A stretch of 64,000 bases of DNA. It comes from an uncultured Candidatus Rokubacteria bacterium. Lineage in GTDB: Bacteria > Methylomirabilota > Methylomirabilia > Rokubacteriales > CSP1-6. The stretch covers positions 32,001 to 96,000 of the forward strand of contig CAVVEU010000002.1 in assembly GCA_963747235.1 (NCBI GenBank), given 5' to 3'. Positions 19,700-28,417 of this stretch are shown piece after piece. Each line of letters starts with the position of its first letter. The stretch's first letter is position 1. Both the position numbers and the translations under genes were made by a program. The notes below the pieces were generated by a model. It had not been told where the DNA came from and did no database searches. It saw only the letters and a list, made by a program, of their open reading frames with translations.

Positions 19700-22045
19700 A
19701 TGGGCGAGTTCGGCATCGGGCAGTCCGTCAAGCGATTCGAGGACGTCCGACTGCTGCGGGGCGAGGGGCGCTTTCACGCCGACGTGAACCTCCCCGGCCA
19801 GGTCCACGCGGTGCTGGTGCGCTCCCCCCACGCCCACGCGCGCATCCGCGCGATCGACACGGCCCCCGCGCTCAAGGCCCCGGGGGTGCTCGCCGTCTAC
19901 ACCGGCGCCGACGTGGCGCGCGACGGCCTCGGCACCATGAAGATGACGCTCAAGCGCAGCCGGCCCGACGGCTCGCCGATGTTCGCGCCGCCGCACCGCG
20001 GCCTCGCGCTGGACCGGGCGCGTCACGTGGGTGACGCGGTGGCGATGGTCATCGCGGAGACTCGCGCCCAGGCCGAGGACGCCGCCGACCTGGTGCGCGT
20101 GGACTATGACCCGCTCCCCTCCGTGACCGACACCGCGGCCGCCGCCGAGCCCGGGGCTCCCGCGGTCTGGGACGAGTGCCCGGATAACATCTCCAACCTG
20201 TACCCGGCGGGCGACGCGGCGGCCACCGACGCCGCCTTCGCGCGCGCCCACCGCGTGGTCCGGCGCCGCTACGTGATCACCCGCGTGCACGCCCAGTTCA
20301 TGGAAGCGCGCGGCGCCCTCGGGGCCTACGACCCGGGCGAGGATCGCTACACGCTCCACGCCGACGTGCAGTACCCGCACCGCGTGCGCAACGCGCTCGC
20401 GACCAACATCTTCAAGATCCCGGAGCACCAGATCCGGGTCATCGCGGGCGACGTGGGCGGCGCCTTCGGGACCAAGGGCTGGCAGTACGTCGAGCACCGG
20501 CTCGTGCTGTGGGCCGCCCGCAAGCTCGGCCGGCCGGTGAAGTGGCTCTGCGAGCGGCGCGAGGCGATCCCGGCCGACGAGCACGCGCGCGACAACGTGA
20601 CCGACGCCGAGCTGGCGCTCGACGCCCAGGGGCGCTTCCTCGCCCTGCGCGTGCGCACCCTCGCCAACGTGGGCGCCTACGTCTCGTCCGACCGCAACCT
20701 GCTCGCCACCTTCAGCAACGTGGCGACCCTCGTCGGCGTCTATACCTTCCCGGCCGCCCACGTCGAGGTCCGCTGCATGCTGACCAATACCAACTCCACC
20801 GCGCCCTACCGCGGCGCGGGGCGGCCCGAGGCCACCTACGTCATCGAGCGGTTGATCGACGACGCGGCCCGCGAGCTCGGCATGGATCGCCTGGCCCTGC
20901 GGCGCGCGAACCTGATCCCGGCCGCCGCGATGCCGTACAAGACCGCGCTCGGCGTCACCTACGACTGCGGCGAGTTCGAGAAGTCCATGGACGCCGCGCT
21001 GCGGCTCGCGGACGTCGCCGGCTTCGCGGCGCGGCGGGAAGCGTCGAAGGCGCGCGGCCGGCTGCGGGGGCTGGCGGTGGTGAATGCCATCGAGCAGGCG
21101 GCGGGCCCGCAGCCCGAGTTCGCGGAGATCCGCTTCGCGCCGAGCGGCAGCGCCACCGTCTTCATGGGCACCAAGAACCAGGGCCAGGGGCACGAGACCA
21201 CCTTCAAGCAGGTCCTCCACGAGCGGCTCGGGCTCGACCCCGCCGACGTGCGCTACATCGACGGCGACACCGATCGCGTCGGCTTCGGCATGGGGTCGAT
21301 GGGCTCGCGCTCGACCGTGATCGGGGGCACCGCGCTCTGGATGGCCGCGGACAAGGTCATCGCCAAGGGCCGCAAGATCGCGGCGCGCCTGCTGGAGGCC
21401 GCGGAGGCGGACATCGGTTTCGGCGACGGGAAGTTCTCGGTGGTGGGCACGGACCGGACGCTCTCGCTGAAGGAGGTGGCGCGCGCCGCCTTCCAGCCCG
21501 CGCAGCTCCCGCCCGGCCTCGAGCCCGGCTTCTACGAGACCGGCACCTTCTCACCCAAGCAGGCCACGTGGCCCAACGGCTGCCACGTCTGCGAGGTCGA
21601 GGTGGACCCGGAGACCGGCGACGTGGCCCTGGTGCGCTACGGGATCGCCGACGACGTGGGCACCGTCATCAATCCGTTGACGCTGAAGGGCCAGATCCAC
21701 GGCGGGGTCGCCCAGGGCGTCGGGCAGGCGCTCATGGAGCAGGTCGTCTACGAGCCGGGCTCCGGCCAGTTGCTGACCGCGTCCTTCATGGAGTACGCGA
21801 TGCCGCGGGCCGATACCTTCTGCGACATGGTCATCGAGAGCCACCCGGTGCCCACCAAGCTCAATCCGCTCGGAGCCAAGGGCGCCGGCGAGGCCGGCAC
21901 GGTCGGCGCGCTGCCCGCGGTGATCAACGCGGTGATGGACGCGCTGGCGCCGCTCGGCGTGCGCCAGCTCGACATGCCCGCGAGCAGCGATCGCGTGTGG
22001 CAGGCGATCCAGCGCGCGCGGGCGGGCGGAGCGCGCCCGGCCTAG
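19700..22045 (+). CDS. Xanthine dehydrogenase-family molybdopterin-binding large subunit (form II CoxL-like)
   Basis: DVGGAFGTK, PYRGAGRPE, QGQGHET, GQIHGGVAQG, KGAGEAG. Confidence 0.93.
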   Translation: MGEFGIGQSVKRFEDVRLLRGEGRFHADVNLPGQVHAVLVRSPHAHARIRAIDTAPALKAPGVLAVYTGADVARDGLGTMKMTLKRSRPDGSPMFAPPHRGLALDRARHVGDAVAMVIAETRAQAEDAADLVRVDYDPLPSVTDTAAAAEPGAPAVWDECPDNISNLYPAGDAAATDAAFARAHRVVRRRYVITRVHAQFMEARGALGAYDPGEDRYTLHADVQYPHRVRNALATNIFKIPEHQIRVIAGDVGGAFGTKGWQYVEHRLVLWAARKLGRPVKWLCERREAIPADEHARDNVTDAELALDAQGRFLALRVRTLANVGAYVSSDRNLLATFSNVATLVGVYTFPAAHVEVRCMLTNTNSTAPYRGAGRPEATYVIERLIDDAARELGMDRLALRRANLIPAAAMPYKTALGVTYDCGEFEKSMDAALRLADVAGFAARREASKARGRLRGLAVVNAIEQAAGPQPEFAEIRFAPSGSATVFMGTKNQGQGHETTFKQVLHERLGLDPADVRYIDGDTDRVGFGMGSMGSRSTVIGGTALWMAADKVIAKGRKIAARLLEAAEADIGFGDGKFSVVGTDRTLSLKEVARAAFQPAQLPPGLEPGFYETGTFSPKQATWPNGCHVCEVEVDPETGDVALVRYGIADDVGTVINPLTLKGQIHGGVAQGVGQALMEQVVYEPGSGQLLTASFMEYAMPRADTFCDMVIESHPVPTKLNPLGAKGAGEAGTVGALPAVINAVMDALAPLGVRQLDMPASSDRVWQAIQRARAGGARPA

Positions 22046-22614
22046 AAGCGGTAGCGGACGCCGACCTCCAGCACGTTGGAGCCGCTGTGGGAGAAGAGGC
22101 CGAAGATGCCGGAGCGGTGGTGGACGCGGCCCACGAGGCTCCACCGCGAGTTCGGCAACCCGACCGCCGCCTCGAGCAGGAGGTAGTGGAGCAGGGTCGC
22201 GGCCTGGCTGTTCTCGGGGTCGCGCTTCTCGAGCACCGGCACCTCACTCGTCACCGAGAGGCCCCCGCCGATGGCCACCGAGGTGTCGAGATAGCGGTTC
22301 CACGGAAACGTGATCCAGCGCACGTTGATGGAGGACGTGAACTCCACGTGCTCCTGCTCGCCGAAGTGCTTGAGCATCTGCCCTTCCAGCTCCCAGCGCA
22401 TGTGCCGGCCCCAGTCCACGAACTGGTAGGAGACGGCGAGCCCCGCGGTGTAGGAGTCCTTGAAGTCCGCCTTCCCGCCTAGCTCGAGGAGCCTGCTCCC
22501 CGAGTACTGACCGCCCAGCAGGGTCAGCGCCCACTCCTGCTCCGCGAAGGCGGCGGGGGCGGAGGCCAGCGGCAGCAGCGCGACCAGGGCGGCGAGGACG
22601 AGCTTCGCGATCAT
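22042..22614 (-). CDS. Small outer-membrane beta-barrel protein, PagL/acyloxyacyl hydrolase-like
   Basis: Signal peptide, amphipathic strands, RVHHRSG motif, C-terminal GVRYRF. Confidence 0.7.
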   Translation of the reverse strand: MIAKLVLAALVALLPLASAPAAFAEQEWALTLLGGQYSGSRLLELGGKADFKDSYTAGLAVSYQFVDWGRHMRWELEGQMLKHFGEQEHVEFTSSINVRWITFPWNRYLDTSVAIGGGLSVTSEVPVLEKRDPENSQAATLLHYLLLEAAVGLPNSRWSLVGRVHHRSGIFGLFSHSGSNVLEVGVRYRF

Positions 22615-23264
22615 GCGCGGGGCGCGAGACCGAGCATGACGCAATCGGTGATCGTGTGCGCCAGCCGCTCCGCCTCCGCGGTGGTGCGCGCGCGGTCCTT
22701 CAGCTTGCCGTCGACGAGCAGCGCGGCCAGCCCGTGGACGATGGACCAGGCCGCCACCGCGAACGCCTCGGGGTCGCCGCCGCGCACCTGCCCGGCCGCC
22801 TGGCACTCGGTGATCGCCTGGACGAGCATCGTGAACGTGCGCTCGCCCGCGGCCTTGAGCGCGGGATGCTCCGCCTTGTCCGGCACCTCGGAGCCGAACA
22901 TCACCCGCAGGTACGACGGCTGCGCGAGGGCGAAGCGCACGTACCCGATGCCGAGCGCCCGGAAGCGCTCCGCCGGCTCGGCCGCCCGCGACCAGATCTC
23001 CATCATCCCCTTGGCCATCTCCTCGAACCCGCGCTCCGCCACCGCGGCCAGCAACGCCTCGCGATCCGCGAAGTGCCAGTAGGGCGCGGCCTCCGACACC
23101 CGCGCACGCCGGGCGACTTCTCGAAGGCTGAAGCCTTGAGGGCCCTTGCGCGCGATCAGGGCCACCGCCGCGTCCACCAGCGTGTCGCGCAGGCTCCCGC
23201 CGGCCGCGCCGGACCGGGCGCGGCGGGGCGACGGCTTCTTCCGGCGACGGCGCTTGACAGGCAT
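22611..23264 (-). CDS. TetR/AcrR regulator with WHG-type C-terminal domain
   Basis: FSLREVARRARVSEAAPYWHF HTH; AWSIVHGLA. Confidence 0.95.
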   Translation of the reverse strand: MPVKRRRRKKPSPRRARSGAAGGSLRDTLVDAAVALIARKGPQGFSLREVARRARVSEAAPYWHFADREALLAAVAERGFEEMAKGMMEIWSRAAEPAERFRALGIGYVRFALAQPSYLRVMFGSEVPDKAEHPALKAAGERTFTMLVQAITECQAAGQVRGGDPEAFAVAAWSIVHGLAALLVDGKLKDRARTTAEAERLAHTITDCVMLGLAPRA

Positions 23265-23283
23265 TACTTAACAGCGTTAATGT
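23254..23283 (+). promoter_or_regulatory. Promoter overlapped by putative TetR operator
   Basis: TTGACA-N18-TAATGT; palindrome TTAAC-AGC-GTTAA at 23268-23280. Confidence 0.65.
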
Positions 23284-23341
23284 GCGGCATGACATTCGTG
23301 GCGGCGGGGCGGAACGCCCGAACCTCGCGCGGGAGGGTACC

Positions 23342-24337
23342 ATGATCCGACCGCGAGTGCTCCGGGGAACGCTCCTCGGCGCCGCCCTGGTGATCGTCGT
23401 GGCCGCCGCGGGCTGCGGCCGGCTTGCGGTGTGGTCGGCGCCGGCCAAGACCGCGACCACGGAGCGGACCGCGGCCGCGGTCGAGGCCGACAAGCTCTTC
23501 TGGAAGACGCTCCACGCCGGCGAGTACGATCGCATCCCGGTCGCGCTCACCGCGCTGAAGGCCGCCTACCTCGAGAACCCGCGCGACGCGGTCACCGCCG
23601 CCCACGTCGGGTGGCTGCACATCTGGCGGCTCGGCGAGCGGGCCCGACAGGCCGCGCTCCGCCCCGACATCACGGACGACGCGGTGCTCGGCCGGAAGTA
23701 CTTCGAGGAAGCGGTCCGGCTCGATCCCGGCGAGGCGCGGTACCTGGGCTTCTACGCCGGACTGCTGATGGCCGAGGGCACCATCCACAAGGACGAGAAG
23801 ATGGTCCGGCAGGGGTTCTACGCGATGAAGGACGCGGTCTCCGCGTGGCCGGAGTTCAACTACTTCACGGCCGGCTACACCGCCTCCGGGCAGCCCGTCG
23901 AGTCCGATCGCTTCCGGGAAGCGCTCGAGCAGCAGTGGCTGAACCTCGACGTGTGCACGGGACAGAAGGTGGATCGGGCCAACCCCGACTATGCGAAATA
24001 CATGGGGCTGGAGACGAAGGAGGGCCCCCGGCGCGTGTGCTGGAACTCCTGGATCGCCCCGCACAACTTCGAGGGCTTCTTCCTCAACTTCGGCGACATG
24101 CTGGTGAAGGCGGGCCAGCCCGACCTCGCGGTGCCGATGTACCGCAACGCCCAGCACGCGCGCGAGTACGCGACCTGGCCCTACAAGGCCGTGCTGGAGG
24201 CCCGCATCCGCGACGCCGCGAAGAACGTGGAGGCGTTTCGCCGGATTGAGCCCGCGCCCGACGCGGCCACGCTCCCCGACGCGGCCACGCTCATGGTCCG
24301 CTCGACCTTCGCGTGCATGGGTTGCCACCAGGAGTGA
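23342..24337 (+). CDS. Uncharacterised exported (lipo)protein with C-terminal CxxCH heme c motif
   Basis: GGAGG SD; signal ending AAGC; helical TPR-like body; ends CMGCHQE. Confidence 0.8.
   Translation: MIRPRVLRGTLLGAALVIVVAAAGCGRLAVWSAPAKTATTERTAAAVEADKLFWKTLHAGEYDRIPVALTALKAAYLENPRDAVTAAHVGWLHIWRLGERARQAALRPDITDDAVLGRKYFEEAVRLDPGEARYLGFYAGLLMAEGTIHKDEKMVRQGFYAMKDAVSAWPEFNYFTAGYTASGQPVESDRFREALEQQWLNLDVCTGQKVDRANPDYAKYMGLETKEGPRRVCWNSWIAPHNFEGFFLNFGDMLVKAGQPDLAVPMYRNAQHAREYATWPYKAVLEARIRDAAKNVEAFRRIEPAPDAATLPDAATLMVRSTFACMGCHQE
24257..24292 (+). repeat. Exact in-frame 18-bp tandem duplication (PDAATL x2)
   Basis: cccgacgcggccacgctc repeated twice. Confidence 0.9.
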
Positions 24338-24356
24338 GCGGGGGCTCGAACGGGGA

Positions 24357-24391
24357 CCGCCCGCCGGGCCTGGTGTCGGCCCGGCGGGCGG
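24357..24391. terminator. 14-bp hairpin between the convergent heme-protein gene and ssrA
   Basis: ccgcccgccgggcc-N7-ggcccggcgggcgg; no U-tract. Confidence 0.6.
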
Positions 24392-24402
24392 CTGCTACGA
24401 AT

Positions 24403-24758
24403 TGGTGGAGGCGGTGGGCATCGAACCCACGTCCGGAAACCCTCGGCAACAGGCATCTACATCATTAGCCGGTTATCTAGAGCGTCTCGCCTCTCGGCCC
24501 CCCAACCGGCCGGGTCACCGATCAGCCAGCTCCTGTTGTTCTCGCCCCGCACCCCGGAGCAGGGTTTGGAGCCAGTCACCAGAATATGACGCCCTGACCC
24601 GGACCCTGGTAACCCAATCCGGAGGACGCTGGCGGGTGTTAGGCCGCCAGAGCTAGCTGGTTGTCGGCAGCTATAACCGTGCCCCCAGTTTTACGAGGAG
24701 AGAGCACCTCGTGATGCCACCTGTGCGTCACTGATCCCCGTCGAAACCAGTCGCCCCC
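24403..24758 (-). ncRNA. ssrA: tmRNA
   Basis: 5' GGGGGCG pairs with 3' CGCCTCC-ACCA; T-arm GTGGGTTCGATGCCCAC; tag frame ADNQLALAA-stop; adjacent to smpB. Confidence 0.96.
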
Positions 24759-24760
24759 TT

Positions 24761-25231
24761 TTACGCCCGAGATCGGGCGCGTGATTCCTTTTCCATCTCC
24801 CGCCGGCTTTCGCGCTCGCGGAGGGACGCGCGCTTGTCGTGGAGCTTCTTGCCGCGGGCCAGCCCCAGCTCGACCTTCACGCGCCCTGCCTTGAAGTATA
24901 GACGAAGCGGGATGAGGGTCAACCCGCGCTCGGCGATCTTTCCGAGCAGGCGCGCGATCTCCCGCTTGTGCAGCAGCAGCTTCCGCCGACGCTCCGGATC
25001 GTGATTGGCGTCGGTGCCGTGGTGATACGGGCTGATGTAGCAGCCGACGAGCCACGCCTCGTCGTTGTCGATCGTCGCGTAGCTGTCCTTGAAGTTGACC
25101 TGCGCCTCGCGGAGGGACTTGACCTCGGTCCCCCGCAGCACGAGCCCCGCCTCGTACGTCTCGAGAATCGCGTAGTCGTGGAAGGCCCTGCGGTTGGTGG
25201 AGATGACCTTCGCGTCCGTCTCGTCCGCCAT
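24761..25231 (-). CDS. smpB: SsrA-binding protein
   Basis: NRRAFHDY, EAGLVLRGTEVKSLR, RKLLLHKREI, GKKLHDKR. Confidence 0.98.
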   Translation of the reverse strand: MADETDAKVISTNRRAFHDYAILETYEAGLVLRGTEVKSLREAQVNFKDSYATIDNDEAWLVGCYISPYHHGTDANHDPERRRKLLLHKREIARLLGKIAERGLTLIPLRLYFKAGRVKVELGLARGKKLHDKRASLRERESRREMEKESRARSRA

Positions 25232-25265
25232 GGCGCTCAGGCTCCCGACCGCCGCCGCGGGGCCC

Positions 25266-25293
25266 TTGACTTCATACCCGCAGTCCGTAAGAT
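25266..25293 (+). promoter_or_regulatory. sigma70 promoter of tRNA-Leu
   Basis: TTGACT-N16-TAAGAT, 15 nt before the tRNA. Confidence 0.6.
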
Positions 25294-25308
25294 GGGGACC
25301 TTGTCCGA

Positions 25309-25395
25309 GCCGAAGTGGCGGAATTGGCAGACGCGCATGATTCAGGGTCATGTGCCCGCAAGGGTGTGGGGGTTCGAGTCCCCCCTTCGGCACCA
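25309..25395 (+). tRNA. tRNA-Leu(CAG)
   Basis: GCCGAAG acceptor, loop TTCAGGG, long variable arm, CCA end. Confidence 0.97.
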
Positions 25396-25447
25396 GTAGA
25401 ATCCCCGCCCGGATACTCATCGCCATCATCCCGAGTGTACGGCGGAA

Positions 25448-26423
25448 CTACGCCAGCTCGGCGAGCGCGACGCGACGGCCCAGTGAGGACGAGCGCTGCG
25501 CCGCCTCCACCGTGCGGAGCGCGTCGAGCCCCGCCTGCACGTCCACCGCGGGAGGGCACCGGCGGGTCACCGCGTCCAGGAACCCCTCGAGCTCGTGGCG
25601 GAGCGGCTCGGGCCCGGAGGCCTTGAAGCTCTCCACCGCGCCCTCCGGCGCCTGCCAGCCCGACGGCGTCTCCACGTGGCGGTTGGCGAGCACGCGCACC
25701 TCGGAGGTGCCGAAGTCGGCGGCGAGCGTCCCCTGCTCGCCCACGATCACGCAGTCGCGGGCGGTCCCGGGGGCGAAGTAGCCGGCCTCCACGAAGGCGG
25801 GGACGTCGCCGTACTCCACCGTGGTGAACGAGCAATCGTCGAGGCCACGGCCGAGGTGATCGCGCAGGGTGGCGGTGACCGCGGTGGCCGGGCGCCCGAG
25901 CAGATGGGCGAAGAGGTCGAAGTAGTGGATGGCGTCCGTCTGCGTCACGCCGACGTCGGTGCGCGGGCGCTTGAAGCCGGCGAAGCGGCCCGGTGCAGTA
26001 GCGCACGCGCCCGATCGCGCCCGCGGCCAGCCGCTCGCGGAGCGCCGTCGTCACCGGATGGAAGCGGAAGATGTGCCCGACCTGCAGCACGCGGAGCGTC
26101 TGGGCCACGATCGCGGCGAGACGGCGGCCCTCGTCCACCGTCAGCGTGAGCGGCTTCTCGACGAAGCAGTCGCGGCCCGCGCGCAGGCACTCCGCGGCGA
26201 GGGCCAGGTGATTGTCGGCCGGCGTCACGATGTCCACCGCGTCCACGTGCGGCAGCGCCTGGCGGAAGTCCTCGACCGCGCGCGCCGCCGCCACGCCGGC
26301 CTTGATCGCGAAGGCGCGCCGCTCCGCCGAGACGTCGGCCACCCAGAGCTCGACGCCCAGCTCGCCGAGCACGCGCAGGTGCTTCTCGCCCCAGCGCCCC
26401 AGGCCGACCAGCAGCACCTTCAC
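25448..26423 (-). CDS. Gfo/Idh/MocA family oxidoreductase (indel near 25990)
   Basis: LVGLGRWG, FVEKPL, VGHIFRF, DAIHYFD. Confidence 0.9.
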
Positions 26424-27200
26424 CGGCCGCCCCCGGGCTCGCCGCCCAGGTCCTCGGCGATCTCGTAGCGCAGGAGCCGGTCCTTCATCCAGCGGACCAC
26501 CAGGAGGTCCACGAACGCGCGCAGCGCGCGGTTGCCGATGCCGTACTTGGACTGGCCGAACCGGCGCGGCCGGTGATTCACCGGCACCTCGAGCACCCGG
26601 AAGCCCCGCATCTTCAGCAGCGTGGGAATGAACCGGTGAAAGCCCTTGTAGAGCACGAGATCGCGCAGGCACTCGCGGCGGAAGGCCCGGAAGGTGCAGC
26701 CGCTGTCCTGGATGGTCTCCTCGCTCAGGCGATTGCGTACCCGGTTGGCGATGCGGGAGGAGAGGCGCCGCACCCAGGAGTCGCCCGCCGCGCGGTTCAC
26801 GCGCCAGCCGGTCACCGCGTCCCAGCGGTCGAGCTGCGCGAGCATCGCGGGAATGTCGTGCGGATCGTTCTGGAGATCCGCGTCCATGACGACCACGTGC
26901 CGGCCGCGCACCGCCTTCAGGCCCGCGTCGGTGGCCGCGGTCTCCCCCGCGTTCGCCTTCAGGCGCACGAGCCGCACGCGCCCGTCCCGCTCGCGGAACT
27001 CGCGGACGATCTCGGCGCTGCGGTCGCGGCTCCCGTCGTCCACGAAGATGACCTCGTAGCGCAGGCCGGTCGGCTCGAGCACCTCGCGGATCTCCGGCCA
27101 GAGGAGCGGGAGATTCTCCTCCTCGTTGTACACCGGCACGACGATGGAGAGGTCCAGCGACGGCGGGCGCGGCGTCCGGGCGCGCGGCGGGCGGCGTCAA
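26420..27200 (-). CDS. GT2 glycosyltransferase, ArnC/DPM-like (start uncertain, probable indel just after TTG at 27200)
   Basis: VVPVYNEE, FVDDGSRD, MDADLQNDP, HRFIP. Confidence 0.9.
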
Positions 27201-27790
27201 CTGCGGGGCGGCCCCGGCACGCGCGGCGGCGCGCCCTGCCACTCCGGCGCCAGCGAATGCGGGAGGCCGAGCCGGTCGAGCACGCGCGCGAGCGTCTGGA
27301 CGACGAGGTCGTCGATCTGCTTCGGCCGGTTGTAGAAGGCCGGCATCGGCGGCAGGACCACCGCGCCCATCTCGGCCAGCGCGGTGAGCACCCGGAGGTG
27401 TCCGAGATGCAGCGGGGTCTCGCGGACCACCAGGATGAGCGCCCGGCCCTCCTTGAGCGTCACGTCGGCCGCGCGCGCCATCAGCGTGTCGGAGACGCAG
27501 TGGGCCACCGCGGCCGCGGTCTTGATGCTGCACGGCACGATGACCATGCCGTCCGTCTTGAACGAGCCGGAGGCGAGCGCCGCGCCGATGTCCCGGTTGC
27601 GGTAGCGGCGGGTGGCGAGCGCCTCGACGTCGGCGACCGTGTAGTCGGTCTCCTCGACGATGGTGCGCCGCCCGGCGTCGGAGATGACGAGGTGCGCCTC
27701 GACGTCCGGGATCCCGCGCAGCAGCTCCAGGAAGCGGATGCCGTAGATCGCGCCCGAGGCGCCGCTCAGCCCGACGACCACGCGCTTCAT
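27197..27790 (-). CDS. ubiX: Flavin prenyltransferase
   Basis: GLSGASGAIYG, ASGSF, VPCS, RAADVTLKE, VRETPL. Confidence 0.96.
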   Translation of the reverse strand: MKRVVVGLSGASGAIYGIRFLELLRGIPDVEAHLVISDAGRRTIVEETDYTVADVEALATRRYRNRDIGAALASGSFKTDGMVIVPCSIKTAAAVAHCVSDTLMARAADVTLKEGRALILVVRETPLHLGHLRVLTALAEMGAVVLPPMPAFYNRPKQIDDLVVQTLARVLDRLGLPHSLAPEWQGAPPRVPGPPRS

Positions 27791-28080
27791 AGCCGGAACC
27801 GGCGCCGGTAGACCTCGTCGCGGGTCTTCTGGTAGAGCAGCTCCCACTCCGAGCTGCCCTCGGGCGCCGGGCGCGAATAGGTGCTGAGCGCGCGGCGCAC
27901 CTCCTGGTCGATCGATTCCTCGAGCTTCGACTCGTCCTCCAGGACCCGGAACACCTCGGTGCGGAGGTGGCCGTGGGCCTTCTCGTCGTCGCCCTTGATC
28001 GAGACGCTCTCGGTCGCGGCCAGGTCGGCCACGATGCGGTCGGCCAGCGCGAACATGCGCTCGCGGCTCATCCGCGTCAC
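27787..28080 (-). CDS. DUF507-like small protein
   Basis: MSRERM...LADRI, EESIDQEVRRAL; tandem paralog pair. Confidence 0.7.
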   Translation of the reverse strand: MTRMSRERMFALADRIVADLAATESVSIKGDDEKAHGHLRTEVFRVLEDESKLEESIDQEVRRALSTYSRPAPEGSSEWELLYQKTRDEVYRRRFRL

Positions 28081-28355
28081 AGCGTGAACCCCCGTTCCTT
28101 GGCGAGCTTGGTCTTGACGAGCGCGAAGAGGCGCTTGTAGTCGGAGGCGGAGTCGCGGATCAGCTTGGCATTGTCCATCAGGAGGGTGCGCGCGTCGGCG
28201 TCGAGCTTCTCCTCGGCCTGGAAGTTCTCGGCCAGGATGCGTCGGACCACCTCGCGCGCCCGCGTCTCGTCCCGGACGTCGGCGAGCTTGCGCCCGACCA
28301 GCCGCTTCACCACGGCCTCCGCCATCCGCCCAGCTACCTCGTCCCGTCGCGCCAT
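28077..28355 (-). CDS. DUF507-like small protein
   Basis: EEKLDADARTLL, YKRLFALVKTKLAKERGF. Confidence 0.75.
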   Translation of the reverse strand: MARRDEVAGRMAEAVVKRLVGRKLADVRDETRAREVVRRILAENFQAEEKLDADARTLLMDNAKLIRDSASDYKRLFALVKTKLAKERGFTL

Positions 28356-28417
28356 GCCCGGAGAGATAGGGTACACGGCCGCGAACGCGAGTGTCAACAA
28401 CTATACGGAAATATGGA

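Noticed and set aside
19700-22045. True aerobic CO dehydrogenase
   Set aside because: Lacks the AYxCSFR form I motif and the coxMS and accessory genes
15300-25400. Prophage or integrative element at the tRNAs or ssrA
   Set aside because: No integrase, transposase, phage gene or 3' att duplication was found
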